Source: an uncultured Clostridia bacterium
Lineage (GTDB): Bacteria > Bacillota > Clostridia > TANB77 > CAG-508
NCBI GenBank assembly: GCA_944391645.1
Contig: CALXUH010000034.1
Coordinates: 1 to 34,528 of the forward strand
Reading direction: 5' to 3'
Length of the DNA stretch: 34,528 nucleotides
Part shown: positions 26,912-34,528 of the stretch, piece after piece
Layout: every line of letters starts with the position of its first letter
Position numbering within the stretch: position 1 is the first letter of the stretch
Made by a program: the position numbers and the translations under genes
Notes under the pieces: model-generated
Told to the model about the DNA's origin: nothing
Seen by the model: only the letters and a program-made list of their open reading frames with translations
Databases searched by the model: none

Positions 26912-29518
26912 TTATTCTGTTCTTAATGCTATTACAGGATCTTTTTTGCTTGCAAGTTTTGCTGGTATTAATCCACCTAATCTTGTTAAAATAATACTAA
27001 TAAATACCAAAATAACTCCTGCCACAAATGGAACTCTTGTTACTACTTCTATTCCTGTTATTGCAAAAAGAATCTTATTAATTGGAATTGTTAATAATAC
27101 CGTTATTCCTATTCCTAAAAGTCCTGCTATTAGTCCTACTATTAAGGTCTCTGCATTAAATATTCTAGAAACATCTTTTTTAGATACACCAATCGCTCTT
27201 AATATTCCTATTTCTTTTGTTCTTTCAAGTACAGAAATGTAAGTTATAATACCTATCATAATAGAAGATACAATTAATGATATTGCCACAAATGCTATTA
27301 ACACATAACTTATTATATCTATAATTTGGCTTACCGATGATATCATTGTTCCAACTATATCCGAATAAGTAATTGTATTTTCTTCATTTCCTTCTTCAGT
27401 TTGTTTTTGATTATATTCTTCTATTGCAAGTTCGATTGCTTCTTTTGTATCAAAATCTTTAGGATAAATATTAATACTAGTTGGGCTATCTAAATCTATT
27501 GCTCCTAGTTTTTCCATATTGGTTTCATAACTTGAATTTGCATTTTCAGAATATGCCTTCATTAAATCAGCAAGTTCTTCTGTACTTAAAGTGCTTAATT
27601 GCATTTGTTGCTCTGGTGTTAGAGAATCTATAGTAAATGTATTATTGGTTCCTTCTTCTGGGAATTTTAACCCAGAGAATACATTTATATTTGGGTTTGC
27701 AATTTGTTCTTTTACAATCTCTGATTCATTGGATTTATTTATTACATATTCTTTTAATTCTTTAGTATATCCTATTCCACCCTCCATACCACTTGCAACT
27801 GTTTGCTCATTTTTTCTTATAATTCCAACAACTTTTATTTCATCAGCATTTGCTATTTTTTCTTTCATATATTCTTCATCATCAGATTTATCTATCCAAA
27901 CTCCATTTTCTTTATTATAATAATCTGAATTCAATATTAATTTATAACTTAATCCTAACAACTCATCATAAGTATATGATGTTTCTTCTCCTTTTTCAAT
28001 TATTTCACCATTTTGAATTTTATTCATTTGTTCTGTTAATTCCTTTTGGTCTTTTAATCCTAATGAATATAAAACATAATCGCTTATTTCATTGTCTTCT
28101 CCTACTATTAAAACAACTTCATTATAATTTTGTGGCCAACTACCCGCTAATAAATCATATTGTGATTTTAACAATTCATCATTATCAAGCATTTCTGTCC
28201 ATACATTTAATTGGCTGGACATTCCCATTGATGATGAACCAAATATAGATAATGTGCTAGAGTTATCTATGGTAAACATATTTCCTAATCCGATTGAATC
28301 CATTACTGTGCTTGGATTAACCTTAACAATACCATTTTCTGTATTACCACTATATAAATTTATATCTAAATTATAACTATATTGTATTGCATTACTATTA
28401 TTTTTTATTGCATTATCTGTTTCTTCAATGTATTTTTTAAATTCTTTTAAGTTGTTAGTTTCAACTTTGCTTGATAGTACAGACATCATTTGATTCATTA
28501 TATTAACTGAATATACTTTTCCATCTTCCCTTTCTTCATTTTTTTCCATTTCTCCCATCATAGCTTCCATCATACTACCCATATCTACTGTTGATTCTTC
28601 TATTGTTAAAGGATACGAAGACAAAGTATCTTCCTCTATTTTATCAATATAATCCTGTACTCCTGTTGATATAGCAAGTATTAAGGCTATTCCTATAATA
28701 CCAATACTTCCTGCAAAACCTGTTAATATGGTTCTTCCCTTTTTAGTTAATAAATTATTTAGACTTAATCTAAATGCTGTAAAAAATTTCATTGAAGTTT
28801 TTCTAAATTTCTCTTCTTGCTTTTTATTTTCTTCTAGAGCATCAACAGGATTTGAATCATCTGTTATTTTTCCATCTAAAATTTTTATTATTCTATTAGA
28901 ATATTTTTCAGCAAGATCTGAATTGTGTGTAACCATAATTATTAATCTATCTTTAGATATTTTCTTTAATATTTCCATTACCTGTGTACTTGTTTTTGTA
29001 TCTAATGCTCCTGTTGGTTCATCAGCTAAAATTATATCTGGATTATTTATTAGAGCCCTTGCAATTGCGACTCTTTGCATCTGTCCACCAGATAGCTGAT
29101 TTGGTTTTTTATTTATTTGGTCTTTAAGTCCAACTTCCTCTAATGCTTTTATTGCTCTTTGTCTTCTTTCATGTTTTGTAACACCTGAAATAGTTAATGC
29201 AAGTTCTACATTAGACAAAACAGTTTGATGACTTATTAAATTATAATTTTGAAATATAAAACCTATAGAATAATTTCTATAAGCATCCCAATCTTTGTCT
29301 TTAAATTCCTTCGTAGACTTTCCATTTATAATTAAATCTCCACTAGTATATCTATCTAATCCACCGATTATATTTAGTAAAGTTGTTTTTCCACAGCCAC
29401 TTTGACCTAATATTGAAACAAATTCTGAATCTCTAAACTTTAGGTTAATTCCTTTTAGAGCCTCTACCTGTTCGTTACTTGTAATATATGTCTTTGTTAT
29501 ATTTTTTAATTCCAACAT
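26912..29518 (-). CDS. MacB-like fused ABC transporter (ATPase + FtsX-type permease)
   Basis: GQSGCGKT, LSGGQMQR, LADEPTG and SVLERTKEIGILRAIG motifs; likely start ATG 29518 after AAGGAGG. Confidence 0.92.
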   Translation of the reverse strand: MLELKNITKTYITSNEQVEALKGINLKFRDSEFVSILGQSGCGKTTLLNIIGGLDRYTSGDLIINGKSTKEFKDKDWDAYRNYSIGFIFQNYNLISHQTVLSNVELALTISGVTKHERRQRAIKALEEVGLKDQINKKPNQLSGGQMQRVAIARALINNPDIILADEPTGALDTKTSTQVMEILKKISKDRLIIMVTHNSDLAEKYSNRIIKILDGKITDDSNPVDALEENKKQEEKFRKTSMKFFTAFRLSLNNLLTKKGRTILTGFAGSIGIIGIALILAISTGVQDYIDKIEEDTLSSYPLTIEESTVDMGSMMEAMMGEMEKNEEREDGKVYSVNIMNQMMSVLSSKVETNNLKEFKKYIEETDNAIKNNSNAIQYSYNLDINLYSGNTENGIVKVNPSTVMDSIGLGNMFTIDNSSTLSIFGSSSMGMSSQLNVWTEMLDNDELLKSQYDLLAGSWPQNYNEVVLIVGEDNEISDYVLYSLGLKDQKELTEQMNKIQNGEIIEKGEETSYTYDELLGLSYKLILNSDYYNKENGVWIDKSDDEEYMKEKIANADEIKVVGIIRKNEQTVASGMEGGIGYTKELKEYVINKSNESEIVKEQIANPNINVFSGLKFPEEGTNNTFTIDSLTPEQQMQLSTLSTEELADLMKAYSENANSSYETNMEKLGAIDLDSPTSINIYPKDFDTKEAIELAIEEYNQKQTEEGNEENTITYSDIVGTMISSVSQIIDIISYVLIAFVAISLIVSSIMIGIITYISVLERTKEIGILRAIGVSKKDVSRIFNAETLIVGLIAGLLGIGITVLLTIPINKILFAITGIEVVTRVPFVAGVILVFISIILTRLGGLIPAKLASKKDPVIALRTE

Positions 29519-29614
29519 TATAGTTTCCTCCTTATAAAAATATAAACACATCAATCAAATTTATTCATTATGGAATTATATCATACATTAATTTAAAAAT
29601 AAATATTATAAAAT

Positions 29615-29654
29615 AAAATACTCCCTAATTAATTTTTATTACTGGGAGTATATT
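29615..29654 (-). terminator. Probable cysS terminator
   Basis: atactccc / gggagtat inverted repeat followed by a T-run on the minus strand. Confidence 0.55.
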
Positions 29655-29663
29655 TTGTAAATT

Positions 29664-31139
29664 TTATATTTGCAAATTAAATAAGGATTTTATATTCCAA
29701 TTTGTGCCAGTTTTTGAATCCATTAGAATTATTCCTTTTTCATCTAAGTCATTTCTTATTTTATCTGCCAACTCGTAATTTTTTTCTTCCTTTGCTTTTG
29801 TTCTTCTTTTTACTTGTTCTTCAATAAAATCTTCATCTAAATCTAATTTTTTTAAATATTTTTTCTTTAGTTCATGTACAAATATTTTTGGTTCCTGATT
29901 AAATAAGCCCAATACTCCATAAGCTTCCCTAATTTTATTAAGTATATTTTGTAAAGTATTTGCATTTTCTACAATTGTATCTTGTTTTGTTTGTTTCATT
30001 ATATTATTTACATATTTAAATATACTATGTAAATTTGCTAATGCTCCAGCTGTATTAAAATCATCATCCATATATTTTATAAAATCTGGAATAATATCTT
30101 CAGATATATCATCTTTTCTTATACTAGTAATATTTTCGTTTTTATTATTTTTTATATATTCAAGCATATTTCCTATAGAATTATAAAAATAATACATATG
30201 GTTTTCCGCTAGATTAAAGTCATTATCTAGTAAATCTATATCTGATGTATAATGCTTAGAAAACATTACATATTTTATTACTTCGTAATTATATTTTTCT
30301 AATGCATCTCTAATTGTTAATGAATTTCCTAGAGATTTACTCATTTTTTCTCCATTTATCTTAATTAAGCCACAGTGTGACCAGTATTTTGCTAATGTTT
30401 TTCCTGTTAAACTTTCACTTTGAGCAATTTCATTTTCATGATGTGGAAATATCAAATCTTTGCCACCACCATGGATATCTATTGTTTCTCCTAAATTATT
30501 TAAAATCATTGCTGAACATTCTATATGCCAGCCTGGTCGTCCTTGTCCCCATGGAGAATCCCATGATATTTCTCCTGGTTTTGCTGATTTCCATAGTGCA
30601 AAATCTATAGGATCTCTTTTCCAAGGTTCAATTTCTATACGAACTCCATTCTTCATATCATCAACATTTCTATTAGATAATTTTCCATAACTTGGAAAGC
30701 TTCTAACATCAAAATAAACATCCCCGTTTTCTGCTACATAAGCATGACCTTTATTTATAAGTTCTTGCACAAAATCTATAATGTTTTGTATGTTTTCAGA
30801 TGCTTTTGCAAACACATCTGCCTTACTTACATGTAGATTTTCCATATCTATTTCAGTTTCTTTTATTTGTTCTTTTGAAAAATCTAATGCATTTTTTCCT
30901 AATTCATTTGCTCTTTTTATTATTTTATCGTCTACATCTGTATAATTACGTACATATCTTACATTATATCCTCTATACCTTAAATAATCTGCAATCATTG
31001 AATATACAATTGCTTGTCTAGCATGACCTATATGGCTTAAATCATATACTGTAATTCCACAAGCATACATTTTTACATTTTTTCCATCTGCTGGAATAAA
31101 TTCTTCTTTTTGTCTGGTCATAGAATTATATATTTTCAT
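29664..31139 (-). CDS. cysS: Cysteine--tRNA ligase
   Basis: MYACGITVYD.SHIGHAR, DFALWK, GRPGWHIECSAM, FPHHENE and KMSKS motifs. Confidence 0.97.
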   Translation of the reverse strand: MKIYNSMTRQKEEFIPADGKNVKMYACGITVYDLSHIGHARQAIVYSMIADYLRYRGYNVRYVRNYTDVDDKIIKRANELGKNALDFSKEQIKETEIDMENLHVSKADVFAKASENIQNIIDFVQELINKGHAYVAENGDVYFDVRSFPSYGKLSNRNVDDMKNGVRIEIEPWKRDPIDFALWKSAKPGEISWDSPWGQGRPGWHIECSAMILNNLGETIDIHGGGKDLIFPHHENEIAQSESLTGKTLAKYWSHCGLIKINGEKMSKSLGNSLTIRDALEKYNYEVIKYVMFSKHYTSDIDLLDNDFNLAENHMYYFYNSIGNMLEYIKNNKNENITSIRKDDISEDIIPDFIKYMDDDFNTAGALANLHSIFKYVNNIMKQTKQDTIVENANTLQNILNKIREAYGVLGLFNQEPKIFVHELKKKYLKKLDLDEDFIEEQVKRRTKAKEEKNYELADKIRNDLDEKGIILMDSKTGTNWNIKSLFNLQI

Positions 31140-31214
31140 TTTTTCCCTCCTATTTAGTTATTCTTTTTGCACTTAATAAAATTTATTCTTATATTACTTA
31201 AATATTCTAAATTT

Positions 31215-32138
31215 TTATCTTAAAAATCCTTGTATTATTTGTTCCTCTGCCTGTTTTTCGTTTAGTCCCAAAGTCATAAGTTTTGTTATTTGTTCTCCAG
31301 CAATTTTTCCAATTGCTGCTTCATGAACTAGATTTGCTTCTACATTGTTTGCTATTATCTCTGGAATTGCAATTACCCTTGCTTTATCTTTTATAATTGC
31401 ATCACATTCTACATGTCCAAAACATACTGTATTTCCAACTACATTTGATTTAAACTCTTGTACTGAATTTTCTGTTGCAACTGACCTTGATGTTACATGT
31501 GTACTTGCATTTTCTCCATTTAGTTCAACATCAAAAATAGTTTTTGCTATTTGAGTTCCATGTGTCATAATTTTTTCAGAAATAACTAAATTTGTGTTAC
31601 TTTCTAAAATGCCTTTTGTTTCTCTTATAGTAGAATCTACTCCTTTTAATTGTATTGATTCCATTTCTAAATAACTACCTTTTTTTAAGGTTATTTCTGT
31701 TATTGGATTTAATATTTTTTTACCTGTTCCTGCCCCTTCACCATAATGCTTTTCTATATATTTAACTCTAGCGCCTTCTTCTAAAAAGAATCTATGTATT
31801 CCATCGTGTTTAGAATCTTTATGATGGTCATTGTGTATTCCACAGCCTGCAATTATTACTACATCAGCATTTTTACCTATATAAAAATCGTTATATACTA
31901 CATCATTTAAACCACTTTCAGTAATTATAACAGGTATATGAATAAATTCAAATTTTGTATTTTCTTTTACATATACATCAATTCCAGATTTATCTTTTTT
32001 TGTTACTATACTTACATTTTCAGTAACTTGTCTTTCTATTCCATATCCATTTTTTCTAATATTATATGCACCCTTAGGAGTTTCATCAATATTAGCTATT
32101 TCTTTTAATAACACCTTATCTATTTTATCCATTGCCAT
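31215..32138 (-). CDS. SufB/SufD-family Fe-S assembly scaffold protein (short form)
   Basis: IIAGCGIH...HDGIH...GHVECDAII...LVHEAAIGKIA.EQ..KLMTLGL. Confidence 0.88.
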   Translation of the reverse strand: MAMDKIDKVLLKEIANIDETPKGAYNIRKNGYGIERQVTENVSIVTKKDKSGIDVYVKENTKFEFIHIPVIITESGLNDVVYNDFYIGKNADVVIIAGCGIHNDHHKDSKHDGIHRFFLEEGARVKYIEKHYGEGAGTGKKILNPITEITLKKGSYLEMESIQLKGVDSTIRETKGILESNTNLVISEKIMTHGTQIAKTIFDVELNGENASTHVTSRSVATENSVQEFKSNVVGNTVCFGHVECDAIIKDKARVIAIPEIIANNVEANLVHEAAIGKIAGEQITKLMTLGLNEKQAEEQIIQGFLR

Positions 32139-32847
32139 TTCCTCCTAATCTACAACATCCTATCTTTTCTTTTTTTAAAATGGCTTCTAGCATATTTTCT
32201 TTTTCTCCTTGTTGTTCTATTTTTCCATTATTTAATAATATTATTTCGTCTGCAATATTTAAAATTTTTTCTTGGTGAGAAATAATTAAAATTGTACCTT
32301 TTACAATATTTCTCATTTCTTCAAAAACTTTAATTAAATTATTAAAACTCCATAAATCAATTCCAGCTTCTGGTTCATCAAATATTGTTAATTTTGTTTT
32401 TCTTACAGCTACAGTTGCAATTTCTATTCTTTTTAATTCTCCTCCTGATAAGGAAGCATTTATTTCTCTATCTACATATTCTTTCGCACATAATCCAACT
32501 TTTGATAATATATCACATGCGTCTTTTCTTGTAATCTCTTTTCCAGAAGATAATTTTAATAAATCATATACTGTTATTCCTTTAAATTTAATTGGTTGTT
32601 GAAATGCGAAACTAATTCCTTCATTTGCTCTTTTATCTATACTCTCACCTGAAATATCTTTCCCATTAAATAAAACTTGTCCAATATCTTGTTTTTCAAT
32701 ACCCATAATTATTTTAGCAAGTGTCGATTTTCCAGAGCCATTTGGTCCAGTAATTACAATAAATTTATCATCACCTAATTTTAAATTTACATTATTTAAT
32801 ATTTCTTTTCCATCTCTTTTAAAACATATATTTTTTAATTCTAACAT
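32125..32847 (-). CDS. sufC: SufC-like Fe-S assembly ABC ATPase
   Basis: GPNGSGKST, FAFQQP, LSGGELKRIEIA and FDEPEAGID motifs; likely ATG 32847; overlaps the sufB/D start. Confidence 0.8.
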   Translation of the reverse strand: MLELKNICFKRDGKEILNNVNLKLGDDKFIVITGPNGSGKSTLAKIIMGIEKQDIGQVLFNGKDISGESIDKRANEGISFAFQQPIKFKGITVYDLLKLSSGKEITRKDACDILSKVGLCAKEYVDREINASLSGGELKRIEIATVAVRKTKLTIFDEPEAGIDLWSFNNLIKVFEEMRNIVKGTILIISHQEKILNIADEIILLNNGKIEQQGEKENMLEAILKKEKIGCCRLGGNGNG

Positions 32848-33046
32848 AAAATTCCTTCCTAAAAGTAAAATTTTCCTTAAATATAATAACATTTTTTTAA
32901 AGAAAAATCAATATAATTACATCTTTATCATTCATAATTTGTTTTCTACAATTTATAATTATTAAACAATATATTTTTTTAAAATTTATATGGACATTTT
33001 TCTGCTTTTAATGTATTATTAATGTATAATTTTTAGGAGGCTATAT

Positions 33047-33277
33047 ATGAAAAACATTTTTAAAATTTTTTTAGTTATTATTTTATTATTTGTTTTTTCT
33101 TTTTCTTATGTTTATGCTTCAAATAATGCAACAAATCCTACTCCAACAGTAACACACACGTCATCTAGTGATTCAAACTCATCTCTAACTGTGTCTGATA
33201 TTATTAGTATTTTACTAATTGCTGTTTGTATTGTTTTAATTTTTCTAGGTGCTGCAATTTTAATTAGGTTTAGCTAA
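33047..33277 (+). CDS. Small exported, C-terminally membrane-anchored protein
   Basis: AGGAGG SD; signal peptide ending VYA, S/T-rich linker, C-terminal TM helix. Confidence 0.8.
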   Translation: MKNIFKIFLVIILLFVFSFSYVYASNNATNPTPTVTHTSSSDSNSSLTVSDIISILLIAVCIVLIFLGAAILIRFS

Positions 33278-33282
33278 TCTTA

Positions 33283-33314
33283 TAAATCTGTTAACTATTT
33301 TTTGTTAACAGATT
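33283..33314 (+). terminator. Rho-independent terminator
   Basis: aaatctgttaac / gttaacagattt followed by a T-run. Confidence 0.7.
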
Positions 33315-33380
33315 TTTTATGTATATTTTTTTATAAATTTATAAATAATATTAATAAATTTATTTTTAGGAGGTTTTTAT

Positions 33381-33776
33381 ATGCTAAAAAAGAGTTTACT
33401 TATATTATTTATAATATTTTGTATTCTATGCATTTCTAATATATGTTTTGCAAACGATATGGCAAGCGATATGAAAGATGCTGTTAATTCTGCTTCTAGC
33501 ACACTTATTGATGGCACAAAGAATTTAGCCGCTGATGTTAGAAATGGTGTTGGAAATGTTGAAAATGGTATTGAAGGTGCATTAACTATGGATAATATGA
33601 ATACTACTAATATGCAAACTACATCAAACGATTATACTGCAACAAGAACTTCAAGTACAACAAATGCTACTGGAATGAATACATCTACTATGTGGGTTTG
33701 GATGATAGTTGCTATTGCTGCAATTGGTATAGTTGGTCTTGTATGGTTCTATGCTTCTCAACATAGAGTTAATTAG
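33381..33776 (+). CDS. Exported, C-terminally membrane-anchored protein
   Basis: AGGAGG SD; signal peptide ending CFA, T/N-rich linker (YTATRTS), C-terminal TM helix. Confidence 0.8.
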   Translation: MLKKSLLILFIIFCILCISNICFANDMASDMKDAVNSASSTLIDGTKNLAADVRNGVGNVENGIEGALTMDNMNTTNMQTTSNDYTATRTSSTTNATGMNTSTMWVWMIVAIAAIGIVGLVWFYASQHRVN

Positions 33777-33789
33777 TTATATACTTTTA

Positions 33790-33824
33790 AAAATAAATAT
33801 GGTATAATATACCATATTTATTTT
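33790..33824 (+). terminator. Hairpin between the 33381 gene and smpB
   Basis: aaaataaatatggta / taccatatttatttt-like inverted repeat. Confidence 0.55.
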
Positions 33825-33852
33825 TAAAAGTTATTAGAAAGGACTAATTAAT

Positions 33853-34296
33853 ATGAATAAAATAATTGCAAAAAATCCCACAGCAAGACATAATTACACT
33901 ATTGAGGATATTATTGAAACTGGTATTGTTTTATCTGGTACTGAAATAAAATCTATTAGAAAAGGCAAAGTTAATTTAAAAGATAGTTACGCAGGAATTA
34001 AAAACGGCGAACTTTATATATATAATTTACATATCAGTCCATACGAATTTGGTAACATATATAATAAAGATCCTTTAAGAGATCGAAAATTATTAGTTAC
34101 GCGTTCTCAAATAAATAAGTTATTTGGATTAATTAAGCAGAAAGGTTATTCCTTAGTTCCAATTTCATTATATTTTAAAGGAAATTTTGTTAAAGTAGAA
34201 CTTGGTATTGGTAAAGGCAAGAAGCTTTATGACAAACGCCGAGACATTGCAAAAAAAGATGCCGAAAGAAGAATGTTACAACATATAGATAAATAG
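33853..34296 (+). CDS. smpB: SsrA-binding protein
   Basis: [33 protein letters not shown] and [10 protein letters not shown] motifs. Confidence 0.97.
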   Translation: MNKIIAKNPTARHNYTIEDIIETGIVLSGTEIKSIRKGKVNLKDSYAGIKNGELYIYNLHISPYEFGNIYNKDPLRDRKLLVTRSQINKLFGLIKQKGYSLVPISLYFKGNFVKVELGIGKGKKLYDKRRDIAKKDAERRMLQHIDK

Positions 34297-34297
34297 A

Positions 34298-34321
34298 AAA
34301 GTCCCATTTTTATGGGACTTT
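34298..34321. terminator. Bidirectional terminator between smpB and fba
   Basis: aaagtcccat-tttt-atgggacttt. Confidence 0.8.
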
Positions 34322-34324
34322 AAT

Positions 34325-34528
34325 TTATGCTTTTCCACTTGAGCAAAATATATTTTTCATTTTAAATTCAACAATCTCTTGTATTTTTTCTCTTGCTGGC
34401 AATAAATACTTTCTTGGATCAAAAACTTCTGGGTTCTCCGCAAATACCTTTCTTATACTAGATGTCATTGCAAGTCTTAAATCTGTATCTACATTTATCT
34501 TAGATACTCCTAATTTACTTGCTTCATT
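34325..34528 (-). CDS. fba: Class II fructose-bisphosphate aldolase, 3' end only (runs off the window)
   Basis: Manual translation: ...LGVSKINVDTDLRLAMTSSIRKVFAENPEVFDPRKYL...SSGKA*. Confidence 0.88.
   Translation of the reverse strand, partial: NEASKLGVSKINVDTDLRLAMTSSIRKVFAENPEVFDPRKYLLPAREKIQEIVEFKMKNIFCSSGKA

Noticed and set aside
4236-34296. lepA, rlmB, ssrA and smpB as a dedicated machinery for the CGG recoding
   Set aside because: All look like ordinary housekeeping orthologues and are scattered. No tRNA-Gly, tRNA-Arg or unusual factor is encoded in this window.

Overview
This is a low-GC (roughly 25%) chromosomal segment of a spore-forming Clostridia-type bacterium. It carries housekeeping genes (rlmB, lepA, recG, recD2, metK, cysS, sufC/sufB-like pair, smpB, 3' end of fba), tmRNA, tRNA-Trp, sporulation genes (sigK, gpr, ytxC, a Spo0A-like regulator with a GHKL kinase), a GT4/DUF4912/GH57 alpha-glucan cluster and a few accessory genes. 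The main finding is that five otherwise intact genes (sigK twice, the GH57 branching enzyme, DUF2752, gpr, recG) leave their frame exactly at an in-frame CGG codon. Each is restored to a full-length, family-typical protein if the C is skipped and the following GGN is read as Gly (C-GGN, +1). More than 30 out-of-frame CGG trinucleotides in coding strands are harmless. The only other in-frame CGG I found lies in a GC-richer, foreign-looking gene. This suggests a lineage-level recoding rule (CGG as a +1 frameshift or quadruplet Gly codon) rather than random decay, although a sequencing artefact is not formally excluded. Secondary observations are a 15-aa Trp/Phe-rich peptide gene between the Spo0A-like regulator and the kinase, three more unannotated small ORFs, recurrent RBS-sequestering hairpins, a tRNA-Trp with a 4-bp anticodon stem, a perfect 46-bp palindrome, and a modular GDPD protein with an apparently inactive NlpC/P60-like domain.
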